A DNA stretch of 64,000 nucleotides, from positions 7,676 to 71,675 of the forward strand of contig JANOTH010000119.1 of NCBI GenBank assembly GCA_031416275.1, given 5' to 3'. The number at the start of each line of letters is the position of its first letter. The first letter of the stretch is position 1. Positions 55,490-64,000 of this stretch are shown piece after piece. A program made the position numbers and the translations under genes. The notes beneath the pieces are model-generated. The model was not told where the DNA came from, did no database searches, and was given only the letters and a program-made list of their open reading frames with translations. Source of the DNA: Ferruginibacter sp. Its GTDB lineage: Bacteria > Bacteroidota > Bacteroidia > Chitinophagales > Chitinophagaceae.

Positions 55490-56536
55490 ATGAAAGAATT
55501 ATTTATTTTGGCAATAGTGATAATGGTCTTTGTGGTCATTTTTCAAATAGCAAAAGCAAGTGAATATGTAAGTGTGTTAAAAGGAGAAGAAAAAACACGC
55601 AAACAAAACAATAAAATAAATGGTTTTTTACTTGTTGCCTTTTTAATATTTGGGTTAATAGGTGTGTATGTATGTAACGAATGGTTTTTTCACAAAACAC
55701 TTTTCCCACAAGGTTCTGCATCCGTTGAAGGAGAAAAAATTGATTTCATGTTGTACCTAACAATTGGTGTAACAGGTTTTATATTCATTATTACCCAAAT
55801 TCTTCTTTTTTGGTTTGCGTTTAAATACCAGGAAAAAGAAGGTAAGAAGGCTTTTTTCTTTCCGCACAATACTAAATTAGAATTGCTTTGGACAACCGTA
55901 CCGGCAATTTTTCTTACAATATTGGTTGTATTCGGTTTAATAAACTGGTTTAAAATAACTGGTGCGCCTCCTGACAACGCAATTACAGTTGAAATTACAG
56001 GTCACCAGTTTGCATGGGAAATGCGCTACCCTGGTAAGGATAATATTTTAGGTAAGAAAAATTATAGATTATATAACAAGCCTTCTGGCAATACATTGGG
56101 TGTAGATTTTGAAGATGTAAATAGCATTGATGATTTACATACACAGCAAATGCATTTACCCGTTGGTGTTCCCGTAAAATTAGTTATAGGCGCTCAAGAT
56201 GTTATTCATGATGTAGGGTTGGTACATTTTAGGATGAAGATGGATGCCGTACCCGGTATACCTACCACACTTTGGTTCACGCCTAAGTACACTACAGAAG
56301 AAATGAAAGTGCGCACAGGTAATCCAAATTTTACCTATGAAATTAGTTGTGACCAGATATGTGGAGCAGGGCATTTTTCTATGAGAGGAATTATTGTTGT
56401 AGAAAAACCTGAAGAGTATAAAAAATGGATTGCAGATCAAAAACCTGAATACCTCACTTTGTATCCTGATAGAGATCCTAACAAAGTGGCTACAGATTCA
56501 ACAAAAACATTAGCAGCGGTTCTACCCGGTAAATAA
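55490..56536 (+). CDS. coxB: Cytochrome c oxidase subunit II (CuA)
   Basis: LELLWTTVP, GHQFAW, DVIHDV, CDQICGAGHFSM. Confidence 0.95.
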   Translation: MKELFILAIVIMVFVVIFQIAKASEYVSVLKGEEKTRKQNNKINGFLLVAFLIFGLIGVYVCNEWFFHKTLFPQGSASVEGEKIDFMLYLTIGVTGFIFIITQILLFWFAFKYQEKEGKKAFFFPHNTKLELLWTTVPAIFLTILVVFGLINWFKITGAPPDNAITVEITGHQFAWEMRYPGKDNILGKKNYRLYNKPSGNTLGVDFEDVNSIDDLHTQQMHLPVGVPVKLVIGAQDVIHDVGLVHFRMKMDAVPGIPTTLWFTPKYTTEEMKVRTGNPNFTYEISCDQICGAGHFSMRGIIVVEKPEEYKKWIADQKPEYLTLYPDRDPNKVATDSTKTLAAVLPGK

Positions 56537-56562
56537 AAACATTAAAGCTTAAAATCACAAAA

Positions 56563-58380
56563 ATGAGTAACGTTATAACATTGAATGAGGCGGCGGTTCA
56601 GCAGGATATTCACCACGACTCACACCTTGATCATCACCACAAAGAAACGTTTATTTCAAAATACGTTTTTAGTTTAGATCATAAAACCATATCAAAACAA
56701 TTTTTGGTAACAGGTATAATTTGGGCAATTATTGGAGGCTTGTTCTCTGTGGTTTTCCGTTTACAACTTGGTTACCCTAACAGTACTTTCCCTTGGTTAG
56801 AAGATTTGTTGGGACACTGGGCAAAGGGTGGTAAAATTCAACCTGAATTCTACTACGCACTTGTAACAATGCACGGTACTATCCTTGTATTTTTTGTATT
56901 GACTGCAGGTTTAAGTGGAACATTTTCAAACTTTCTTATTCCGTTGCAAATCGGTGCAAGAGATATGGCTTCGCCGTTGCTTAACTGTTTAAGTTATTGG
57001 TTCTTCTTTGGTGCATCTGTAGTTATGATGTCTTCTTTGTTTGTTCAAACAGGTCCTGCAAGTGGCGGTTGGACGATCTATCCACCACTAAGTGCCTTAG
57101 GAGACGCTTCATCAGGAAGTAAAATTGGTATGGACCTTTGGTTGGTAAGTATGGCTTTATTTATTGTCTCTTCTCTTTTAGGAGGATTAAATTATATAAC
57201 TACAGTATTAAACATGCGTACAAAAGGCATGAGCATGACGAGAATGCCATTGACAATTTGGGCGTTTTTCTTCACTGCAGTTTTAGGTGTATTGTCTTTC
57301 CCTGTATTATTATCAGGTGCTATATTGTTATTATTTGATAGAAATTTAGGAACGAGTTTCTTTTTGAGTGATATCGTTGTAGCAGGTAAAGTTTTACCAA
57401 ACGAAGGTGGTAGTGCAATTTTATTCCAGCATTTGTTTTGGTTCCTTGGTCACCCTGAAGTGTACATTATTTTGTTACCGGCAATGGGTATGTCATCAGA
57501 AATTTTATCAGTTAACAGTCGTAAACCAATATTTGGATATATGGCGATGGTAGGTTCATTGTTCGCAATTACAATTCTTGCATTCTTGGTTTGGGCCCAT
57601 CATATGTTTGTAACGGGGTTAAATCCTTTCTTGGGAGCATTCTTCGTGTTACTTACGCTGTTAATTGCCGTACCATCAGCTATTAAAGTGTTTAACTGGC
57701 TTACTACATTGTGGAGAGGTAATATTCGCTTTACGCCGGCTATGTTATTCGCAATTGGTTTTGTTAGTTTGTTTATCAGTGGTGGTCTTACAGGCATATT
57801 CCTTGGTAACTCAGCGTTGGACATTCACTTGCATGATACTTATTTTGTAATTGCGCATTTTCATATTGTAATGGGTGTTGCATCTTTCTTTGGTTTGTTT
57901 GCGGGTGTTTATCATTGGTTTCCAAAAATGTTTGGTAGGTTCATGAACAACACACTTTCTTATATCCACTTCTGGTTAACCATAGTTGGCGCTTACTTAA
58001 TATTTTGGCCAATGCACTATGAAGGTTTAGCAGGTATGCCACGCAGATATTATGATTTCTCCAACTGGGAGTCTTTTAAAATGTTCGGTGGTTTAAATGA
58101 GTTCATAAGTATTGTATCTATGGTTGTATTTGCAGCTCAATTACTTTTCGTAATCAACTTCTTTTACAGCATTTGGAAAGGTAGAAAAGTTACAACCATG
58201 AATCCGTGGGATGCAACTACATTAGAGTGGACAACCCCAATTAGACCAGGACACGGCAACTGGGTAGGTGAAATACCTGAAGTGCACAGATGGCCTTATG
58301 ATTATGCAAAAGAAGGTAAGGATGGTAAAGATTTTATTATGCAGACTGTGCCGGTTGGTGACGATGAGGAAAAGCATTAA
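56563..58380 (+). CDS. coxA: Cytochrome c oxidase subunit I (A1-type heme-copper oxidase)
   Basis: TMHGTI, GWTIYPPL, LGHPEVY, WAHH, AHFH, GMPRRY. Confidence 0.97.
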   Translation: MSNVITLNEAAVQQDIHHDSHLDHHHKETFISKYVFSLDHKTISKQFLVTGIIWAIIGGLFSVVFRLQLGYPNSTFPWLEDLLGHWAKGGKIQPEFYYALVTMHGTILVFFVLTAGLSGTFSNFLIPLQIGARDMASPLLNCLSYWFFFGASVVMMSSLFVQTGPASGGWTIYPPLSALGDASSGSKIGMDLWLVSMALFIVSSLLGGLNYITTVLNMRTKGMSMTRMPLTIWAFFFTAVLGVLSFPVLLSGAILLLFDRNLGTSFFLSDIVVAGKVLPNEGGSAILFQHLFWFLGHPEVYIILLPAMGMSSEILSVNSRKPIFGYMAMVGSLFAITILAFLVWAHHMFVTGLNPFLGAFFVLLTLLIAVPSAIKVFNWLTTLWRGNIRFTPAMLFAIGFVSLFISGGLTGIFLGNSALDIHLHDTYFVIAHFHIVMGVASFFGLFAGVYHWFPKMFGRFMNNTLSYIHFWLTIVGAYLIFWPMHYEGLAGMPRRYYDFSNWESFKMFGGLNEFISIVSMVVFAAQLLFVINFFYSIWKGRKVTTMNPWDATTLEWTTPIRPGHGNWVGEIPEVHRWPYDYAKEGKDGKDFIMQTVPVGDDEEKH

Positions 58381-58446
58381 TTTTTTATAATTTGCTGATG
58401 TGCTTTTTTGCTACATACAAAAGCAAAAAGGCTATTCAGTTTTACG

Positions 58447-59370
58447 ATGGATAAAATAGAAAATACCGGAATATCAGATTCTAAGTCTTTTGCGTTGGCA
58501 AGCAAGGTTAAAGATTATTTTCAACTCATAAAGTTTACTTTAAGCTTTATGGTGGTATTTAGTACAGTGGTTAGTTTTTTGATTGCGCCTTACGAACAGG
58601 TTTACACAAGACACCCATTGTTATCAGTTCTTTTACTTTTTGTTGCAGGGCTTTTTATAACAGGGTCGGCAAACACCATTAACCAGGTATTAGAAAAAGA
58701 TACCGATGCCATGATGCTGAGAACAGCAAAAAGGCCTATCGCAAGCGGCAGAATGAGCGTTAACGAGGGTTATATTTTTGCTTTTTTGCTTGGTGTTTTA
58801 GGTACAGCAATGATGTGGTACTTTTTTAACCTAAACAGCGCCATAGTTGGTTTAGCAAGTTTATTTATATACGGGTTTGTTTATACACCCTTAAAAAAAG
58901 TAAATTCAATTGCAGTGCTTGTGGGCGCAATACCCGGAGCTTTGCCTTGTTTAATTGGTTGGGTTGCTGCCACAGATAATTTTGAAATTGGTGGTTGGAT
59001 CTTATTTGCCATTCAGTTTATTTGGCAGTTTCCACATTTTTGGGCAATTGCATGGTTGGCCCATGAAGATTATAGCAAAGCAGGTTTTAAATTACTGCCA
59101 AGCGACAAGGGACCTACAAAATTTACAGCATTGCAAACAATTATGTATAGTGCAATGATGATTCCTGTTGGGATCTTGCCTTATTTCTACCATATTTCAG
59201 GCGTTACAAGTATGTGGATTTTGTTGGGATGTAATTTGTGGATGCTCTATATGAGTGTGATATTGTTTATAAAGATGGATAAGGCAGCTGCAAGAAAAGT
59301 GATGTTCAGTTCCTACTTTTATTTGATGGTTGTGTTTTTAAGCCTTTGGGCAGATAAAATAATTAAATAG
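58447..59370 (+). CDS. cyoE: Protoheme IX farnesyltransferase (heme o synthase)
   Basis: NQVLEKDTDAMMLRTAKRP, YTPLKK, GAIPGALP, WQFPHFWAIAW. ATG 58447 preferred over TTG 58408. Confidence 0.95.
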   Translation: MDKIENTGISDSKSFALASKVKDYFQLIKFTLSFMVVFSTVVSFLIAPYEQVYTRHPLLSVLLLFVAGLFITGSANTINQVLEKDTDAMMLRTAKRPIASGRMSVNEGYIFAFLLGVLGTAMMWYFFNLNSAIVGLASLFIYGFVYTPLKKVNSIAVLVGAIPGALPCLIGWVAATDNFEIGGWILFAIQFIWQFPHFWAIAWLAHEDYSKAGFKLLPSDKGPTKFTALQTIMYSAMMIPVGILPYFYHISGVTSMWILLGCNLWMLYMSVILFIKMDKAAARKVMFSSYFYLMVVFLSLWADKIIK

Positions 59371-59450
59371 TACCTATCACAGAAAATTTTTAATAATAAG
59401 GTATAAAAAGAATTGAAGTTTAAGGGTTTTGTTTACGAAATAAATACAAT

Positions 59451-60020
59451 ATGAATACCGTGGCGATAGAAAAAAAATCAACAAAAATACATCCACATAA
59501 ATTTACCCTTTGGGTAGGTATTGGTAGTATTTTGATGATGTTTGCGGGCCTTACAAGTGCTTATATCGTTAAAAGAAACCAAGCAAATTGGCAAACGTTT
59601 GATTTGCCTGCGGCATTTTGGTATAGTACCGCAGTAATAGTTTTAAGCAGTTTCACATTAATGATGGCAGTAAGTTCTTTCAAAAAAAGAATGATGAGCC
59701 GCTATAGGCTGTTGATGGGGGCCACGCTTTTGTTAGGTTCGATATTTATTGTTTTACAGGTCGTTGGTTTTCAGCAATTGTGGCGTTTGGGCATTACTTT
59801 GCAAGGCAACGTATCCTATTCATTTTTGTATGTTATTGTTGGTTTACATGCGGTGCACGTAGTTGGTGGGGTAATTGCCTTAGTTGTTATGTGTTTGCAG
59901 GCTTTTAGAAGTAGCGTTAGAAATTACAGTATAATACCGGTAGAATTGATGAATACCTACTGGCATTTCGTAGATATTTTGTGGATCTATTTATTGGTTT
60001 TTTTAATGATGATAAAATAG
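59451..60020 (+). CDS. Cytochrome c oxidase subunit III (first of two)
   Basis: MMFAGLTSAY, GLHAVHV, YWHFVDILW. Confidence 0.9.
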   Translation: MNTVAIEKKSTKIHPHKFTLWVGIGSILMMFAGLTSAYIVKRNQANWQTFDLPAAFWYSTAVIVLSSFTLMMAVSSFKKRMMSRYRLLMGATLLLGSIFIVLQVVGFQQLWRLGITLQGNVSYSFLYVIVGLHAVHVVGGVIALVVMCLQAFRSSVRNYSIIPVELMNTYWHFVDILWIYLLVFLMMIK

Positions 60021-60171
60021 CAGCAATTTTCCTGATTACATTGAATGATTTTTGTGAAATAGAGTGTAATTTTGACTTTCGGAAAGGGGAAAATAAACTT
60101 TAAATAATTTGGTACTAGTCTAGATGCTAGCTACAAATTAATTGATACTGAGAAAATACTAAGTTCTAATT

Positions 60172-61053
60172 ATGTCGACAACAGCAATACCTGCAGGAAC
60201 TAAATGGTGGAACGGTGGCAGAAGCCCGTTTAACGCCAGCTATGGAAAAGTAATGATGTGGTACTTTTTAATGAGCGATGCATTTACTTTTGGTGCATTT
60301 CTTATTAGTTATGGTACTATTCGTTTTAGTGTAAACGATTGGGCAGATCCTAATAAAGTGTTTAATTCCTTCCCTTTTGCTGGCCATGCTAACTTGCCAC
60401 TTGCGTTTGTAAGTTTAATGACCTTTATTTTGATTTTTAGTTCGGTAACAATGGTATTAGCCGTGCACGAAGGGCATAACATGAACAAAAAGGGAGTTGA
60501 GAAATATATGATCCTAACCATTATTGGTGGTGCAGCATTTTTAAGTTGCCAGGCTTGGGAGTGGACGCATTTATTAACCGGTGAACATGTTACACTTTTG
60601 AATGATGGTACAATGACGGTTATGCCAACTACAGCAAGTTCAAATCCTTGGGGTTTGCCATTAGAACATGAAGCTATGCTTGCAGCGCTACAAAAAACGC
60701 CACACGATCAGCTAGCAAATATTGCATCAACAATTCATCATACAGGTACAGAGGCTGCGCATAATACATACGCAATGTCAGATCCTGAACTAATAAAAAT
60801 GATTGGCAGTGCTGATATACACGCTACAAATGTTGGACGACCGGCCTTTGGAAGTTATTTCTTTGGGATAACAGGCTTCCATGGTTTCCATGTATTGAGT
60901 GGTGTGGTGATAAATATCATCATGTACATTAAAACTAAGCTTGGTCATTTCGATCAGAGAGGTCATTACGAAATGATAGAAAAAGCTGGACTTTACTGGC
61001 ACTTTGTAGATTTAGTTTGGGTTTTCGTTTTCCTTTGTTTTTATCTTGTATAG
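60172..61053 (+). CDS. Cytochrome c oxidase subunit III (second, with insertion)
   Basis: MWYFLMSDAFTF, TFILIFSSVTM, TGFHGFHV, GLYWHFVDLVW. Confidence 0.92.
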   Translation: MSTTAIPAGTKWWNGGRSPFNASYGKVMMWYFLMSDAFTFGAFLISYGTIRFSVNDWADPNKVFNSFPFAGHANLPLAFVSLMTFILIFSSVTMVLAVHEGHNMNKKGVEKYMILTIIGGAAFLSCQAWEWTHLLTGEHVTLLNDGTMTVMPTTASSNPWGLPLEHEAMLAALQKTPHDQLANIASTIHHTGTEAAHNTYAMSDPELIKMIGSADIHATNVGRPAFGSYFFGITGFHGFHVLSGVVINIIMYIKTKLGHFDQRGHYEMIEKAGLYWHFVDLVWVFVFLCFYLV

Positions 61054-61134
61054 TATGTAACATATAAATTACAAATAGGTTTACAAGAAAATATAAAATT
61101 ATTAAAATTGTTATTTCTTCGTCTTGGTATTAAG

Positions 61135-61155
61135 ATCTAACGTCTAACATTTAAT
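61135..61155. repeat. Short heptamer repeat upstream of subunit IV
   Basis: ATCTAAC GTCTAAC ATTTAAT immediately before the ATG at 61158. Confidence 0.45.
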
Positions 61156-61157
61156 TT

Positions 61158-61583
61158 ATGAGCCAACATACCATATCACCCGAAATTACACATGCGCCTG
61201 ATCACTCCCAGGGTACAGGAAGGATTTGGAAGATATTTTGGGTACTTTCTTTTCTTACAGTAATTGAGTTGGCGCTAGGATATTTCTTATATTTTAAAGG
61301 GGAGGATATTTCTCAAATTGTTGTATTAGGTACCAAAATAGTTATTGGTGTACTTACACTGCTCAAAGCATACTATATTGTTTCTGTTTTTATGCATTTA
61401 GGCGATGAAGTAAGAAATATGATCATGACAATTACAGTCCCATTGGTGCTTTTTGTGTGGTTTATAATTGCCTTTTTATGGGATGGCAATAGCTGGAAGA
61501 ATTTAAGAAACACAAATGCAGGTAGTAAGCCCAATATAGAAAAAGTACAGACAGCACCCGTAAAAGCAGGAACGCTGAAATAG
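61158..61583 (+). CDS. Cytochrome c oxidase subunit IV family protein
   Basis: IWKIFWVLSFLTVIE, KAYYIVSVFMHL. Confidence 0.88.
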   Translation: MSQHTISPEITHAPDHSQGTGRIWKIFWVLSFLTVIELALGYFLYFKGEDISQIVVLGTKIVIGVLTLLKAYYIVSVFMHLGDEVRNMIMTITVPLVLFVWFIIAFLWDGNSWKNLRNTNAGSKPNIEKVQTAPVKAGTLK

Positions 61584-61600
61584 TAAAATAAAATTTATTG

Positions 61601-61635
61601 AAAAGCCATCATAAAAAAATGATGGCTTTTTTATT
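61601..61635 (+). terminator. Intrinsic terminator after the cox cluster
   Basis: AAAAGCCATCAT-AAAAAA-ATGATGGCTTTT plus T-tract. Confidence 0.85.
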
Positions 61636-61669
61636 TCGTATTTAAAATAAAAAACTTTTCATTATAAAT

Positions 61670-61677
61670 TATCTTTG
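61670..61677 (+). promoter_or_regulatory. Housekeeping -7 element upstream of SCO
   Basis: TATCTTTG matches TAnnTTTG. Confidence 0.55.
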
Positions 61678-61722
61678 CATCTAAGGCTGTTGGCAAACAG
61701 CCTGCGCATTAAATAAACAACA

Positions 61723-62511
61723 GTGAACAAAAAAGCCCTTCTCGCTCTTCTTTTGGCAATTATGCTGCCGCTTACAGGTTATTGGTTCGTAAAATATTAC
61801 AGTAAAGATGCGGTAACGATGCCAGGCAAATATTTCTTTGATGATGTAGTTACAACGCCAAAAAACGGAAAGCTGTCTTCGGATACATTATGGCACAGCG
61901 TTAAAAATATAAACTTCACCAACCAACTTGGTAAAAAGGTTTCGCTAAATGATTTAAGAGGGAAAATTATTGTGATGAATTTCTTCTTTACAAGTTGCCC
62001 AACAATCTGCCCCGGTCTAGCTCGCAATATGAAACGCCTGCAAGATTCATACATTAAAAACGATAGTATTGTTCAATTTGTTTCTGTAAGTATAGATCCT
62101 GAGAGAGACAGTGTGCCACGCCTTAGAGCATTTGCTGATAAATACAATGCTAACCACGACAGCTGGTGGTTTGTTACAGGCGATAAAAAAGAAATATATG
62201 ATTTTGCAATACAAGAAATGAAGGCGAATGTTGCAGATGTTGGCGCAGATACTGCCTTCCCACACACAGAGAACTTTTTTTTGTTAGATACCAATAGAAT
62301 TATAAGAGGATGGTACAATGGATTTGATACCGTAAAGCTTGCAAAACTTGCTAAGGATATTCCGACCATTATGTTGGAGAGAAATAAAAAAGCGCCTTCA
62401 GTTTTCAGAGATTTTATTCCAATATTGCCTGTTATTTTCGTTGGCATTGGGCTCATCATCTTAGTAATGGCATTACTCAGCAGAAATAAAAAATTAAAAC
62501 CACAATATTAA
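61723..62511 (+). CDS. SCO1/SenC copper chaperone
   Basis: GTG start; FFFTSCPTICP (CxxxC), SIDPERD, HTENFFLLD. Confidence 0.93.
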   Translation: MNKKALLALLLAIMLPLTGYWFVKYYSKDAVTMPGKYFFDDVVTTPKNGKLSSDTLWHSVKNINFTNQLGKKVSLNDLRGKIIVMNFFFTSCPTICPGLARNMKRLQDSYIKNDSIVQFVSVSIDPERDSVPRLRAFADKYNANHDSWWFVTGDKKEIYDFAIQEMKANVADVGADTAFPHTENFFLLDTNRIIRGWYNGFDTVKLAKLAKDIPTIMLERNKKAPSVFRDFIPILPVIFVGIGLIILVMALLSRNKKLKPQY

Positions 62512-63095
62512 TGTTACAACCATCGCTTGTAAAAAATGACAGCAAGGCCAAAGTTTTAATATGGACAGTGTCTATAATTGTGTTTGTTGCAGTCGTAATT
62601 CTAAGTAAAGTAAAATTAGTTTTAGACTTGCCTTTTAATGTGCATGTTTTTGCAACCATAAATGCAGTAATAAATTCTATTGTGGCAGTTTTATTGGTAG
62701 CTGGGTTGGTTACAGCAAAGAGCAAAAATTACGCAACGCATAAAAAAATAATGCTCTCAGCAATTATATTATCCGTTCTTTTTTTGGTGAGCTATATATG
62801 CCATCACTTACTTGCCGGCGATACAAAATATGGTGATCTTGACCATGATGGTGTTCTTAGCATAAATGAAACAGCTATGGCAGGGAGTGTAAGAATGTAT
62901 TATTATGTTTTATTGTTAACGCACATTCCATTAGCAGCAATCATTCTACCTTTTATACTTTTTACTGCATACCGTGCGCTCACAGGAGAATACGAAAAGC
63001 ATAGAAAGCTTGTGCGCATAACATGGCCTGTATGGTTTTTTGTTGCAGTAAGTGGTGTGGTGGTATATTTAATGATAAGCCCTTACTACAATTAA
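62511..63095 (+). CDS. DUF420 membrane protein
   Basis: HKKIM, FLVSYICHH, LLTHIPLA, HRKLVRITWPVWFFVAVSGVVVY. Confidence 0.9.
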   Translation: MLQPSLVKNDSKAKVLIWTVSIIVFVAVVILSKVKLVLDLPFNVHVFATINAVINSIVAVLLVAGLVTAKSKNYATHKKIMLSAIILSVLFLVSYICHHLLAGDTKYGDLDHDGVLSINETAMAGSVRMYYYVLLLTHIPLAAIILPFILFTAYRALTGEYEKHRKLVRITWPVWFFVAVSGVVVYLMISPYYN

Positions 63096-63820
63096 TCAGC
63101 TGCTTCTTTATCAGCTTTTACCACTGCAATTTTATTTTTACCAAGGTAAGAGATAACAATGTTTATTGTATCGCCTACTTGCATGCCATCTTCAAACTCT
63201 ATTTTGCTTTGTATTTTGTTGCCAATAATATTTAGGTAGATGCTGTGCGGCGCAACTTTGTAAACTTGTGCAGGAATAACAGTTTTGGCTTTAAATAATT
63301 TTACAGCCTGTTCAAATTCGGGGATGTAGTTGTTGTTAAAAAGAGATGCAAATATTTTTTCTTTCTTTTCAATATTTTCTAAAGAAAAAGTGACCTGTTC
63401 GTTTAGGTCAAGTTCTGCAGGTACAATTTGCCAGGGAGAAAAGGGAACGGGGAAAAACAGATAGCTGTCTATTTCTTTTACAAAATATTTGTCATCAACC
63501 ATTTTTAAATAGCCAATAAATTTATTATTCAACAAGCTTTTATTTATAAGTACATCCAACGCATTGTTGTATAAAAATTCCATGCCCATAGCCATCATTC
63601 TATCGCCTCTGTCAGATAATTTTACCTGAAAACTAACTATATCGCCTACCATAAAATGATGGGTTTTTCTGATGAGCTTTTTCTCCTTCATTTCCTTCTG
63701 CACCTTTTCATCAATACTTGCACGAACCGTTTTCTTCTTATTGCCTTCCTCATATTCAACCATGGCGTATTGCTTATCATGGTTTATAAAAGCTATTGTC
63801 CCCTCTGTGCGTTGGCTCAT
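63092..63820 (-). CDS. Hypothetical multi-OB-fold (cold-shock-like + S1-like) protein
   Basis: N-terminal GTIAFINHDKQYAMV...GDIVSFQV resembles a CSD; C-terminal AQVYKVAPHSIYL...MQVGDTINIVI resembles S1. Confidence 0.6.
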   Translation of the reverse strand: MSQRTEGTIAFINHDKQYAMVEYEEGNKKKTVRASIDEKVQKEMKEKKLIRKTHHFMVGDIVSFQVKLSDRGDRMMAMGMEFLYNNALDVLINKSLLNNKFIGYLKMVDDKYFVKEIDSYLFFPVPFSPWQIVPAELDLNEQVTFSLENIEKKEKIFASLFNNNYIPEFEQAVKLFKAKTVIPAQVYKVAPHSIYLNIIGNKIQSKIEFEDGMQVGDTINIVISYLGKNKIAVVKADKEAAD

Positions 63821-63853
63821 GTTATGAAATTGTAGATGCAGAAAGTTGATGAT

Positions 63854-64000
63854 TTAAAGAGATAATTCTAATGAAGGATCCCAAAAATACTTTTCAAAAT
63901 TAATAATTGTCTCTTCTTGTACTTTTATTTTTTCTTTTAATAATAGTTCCTCCATTAAAGTTGGCGTTGCAAAATGATGTTTGCCGGTAAGCATGCCATT
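63854..64000 (-). CDS. 3' end of a CDS truncated by the window edge, probably MGMT/ATL-family protein
   Basis: NGMLTGKHHFATPTLMEELLLKEKIKVQEETIINFEKYFWDPSLELSL*; the family call is from recalled similarity only. Confidence 0.55.
   Translation of the reverse strand, partial: NGMLTGKHHFATPTLMEELLLKEKIKVQEETIINFEKYFWDPSLELSL

Noticed and set aside
56370-56420. Defective CuA site because of CDQIC instead of CxExC
   Set aside because: Both Cys, both His and the Met ligands are present; the Glu position contributes a backbone carbonyl to CuA and varies among oxidases.
1-64000. CRISPR array, tRNA/rRNA, IS element; and the many 60-130 aa antisense ORFs in the track
   Set aside because: No repeat-spacer periodicity, cloverleaf, rRNA signature or transposase motif was seen; the short ORFs lie opposite or inside well-supported genes.

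Overview
AT-rich Bacteroidota chromosomal segment; gene content and protein styles suggest Chitinophagaceae (inference, no database check). No rRNA, tRNA, CRISPR array, transposase, integrase or phage structural gene was recognised. There are three blocks. (1) 1-10.9 kb: mixed housekeeping genes (YcbB-type L,D-transpeptidase, SWIM-SNF2 helicase, adk, a Kazal-domain lipoprotein, paaZ plus an enoyl-CoA hydratase). (2) About 10.9-42.6 kb: a general-stress/desiccation-type island with TopIB, Ku, a split LigD, TamB/TamL/AsmA-like proteins, YtxH, YciF, GSP26-like proteins, YihY, two sensor kinases, a stand-alone receiver protein and a GAFTGA-containing sigma54 activator, interrupted by an S46 peptidase. 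(3) 46.4-63.1 kb: alternative complex III (actA-F) plus an aa3-type cytochrome c oxidase cluster. Two signals stand out. First, about 11 sigma54-like -24/-12 elements (consensus roughly WGGYAYA-N4-TTKHA) lie in the correct orientation upstream of transcription units, ten in the island and one at the L,D-transpeptidase, together with a recurrent 18-bp TGTRGA-N6-TCYACA-like dyad; this suggests a locally encoded RpoN/bEBP general-stress regulon. Second, ligD is split at an in-frame A_AAA_AAG heptamer inside a 9-A run, where a -1 shift would fuse the phosphoesterase to the ligase-polymerase as an 846-aa protein. All motif calls were made by eye and need computational confirmation.
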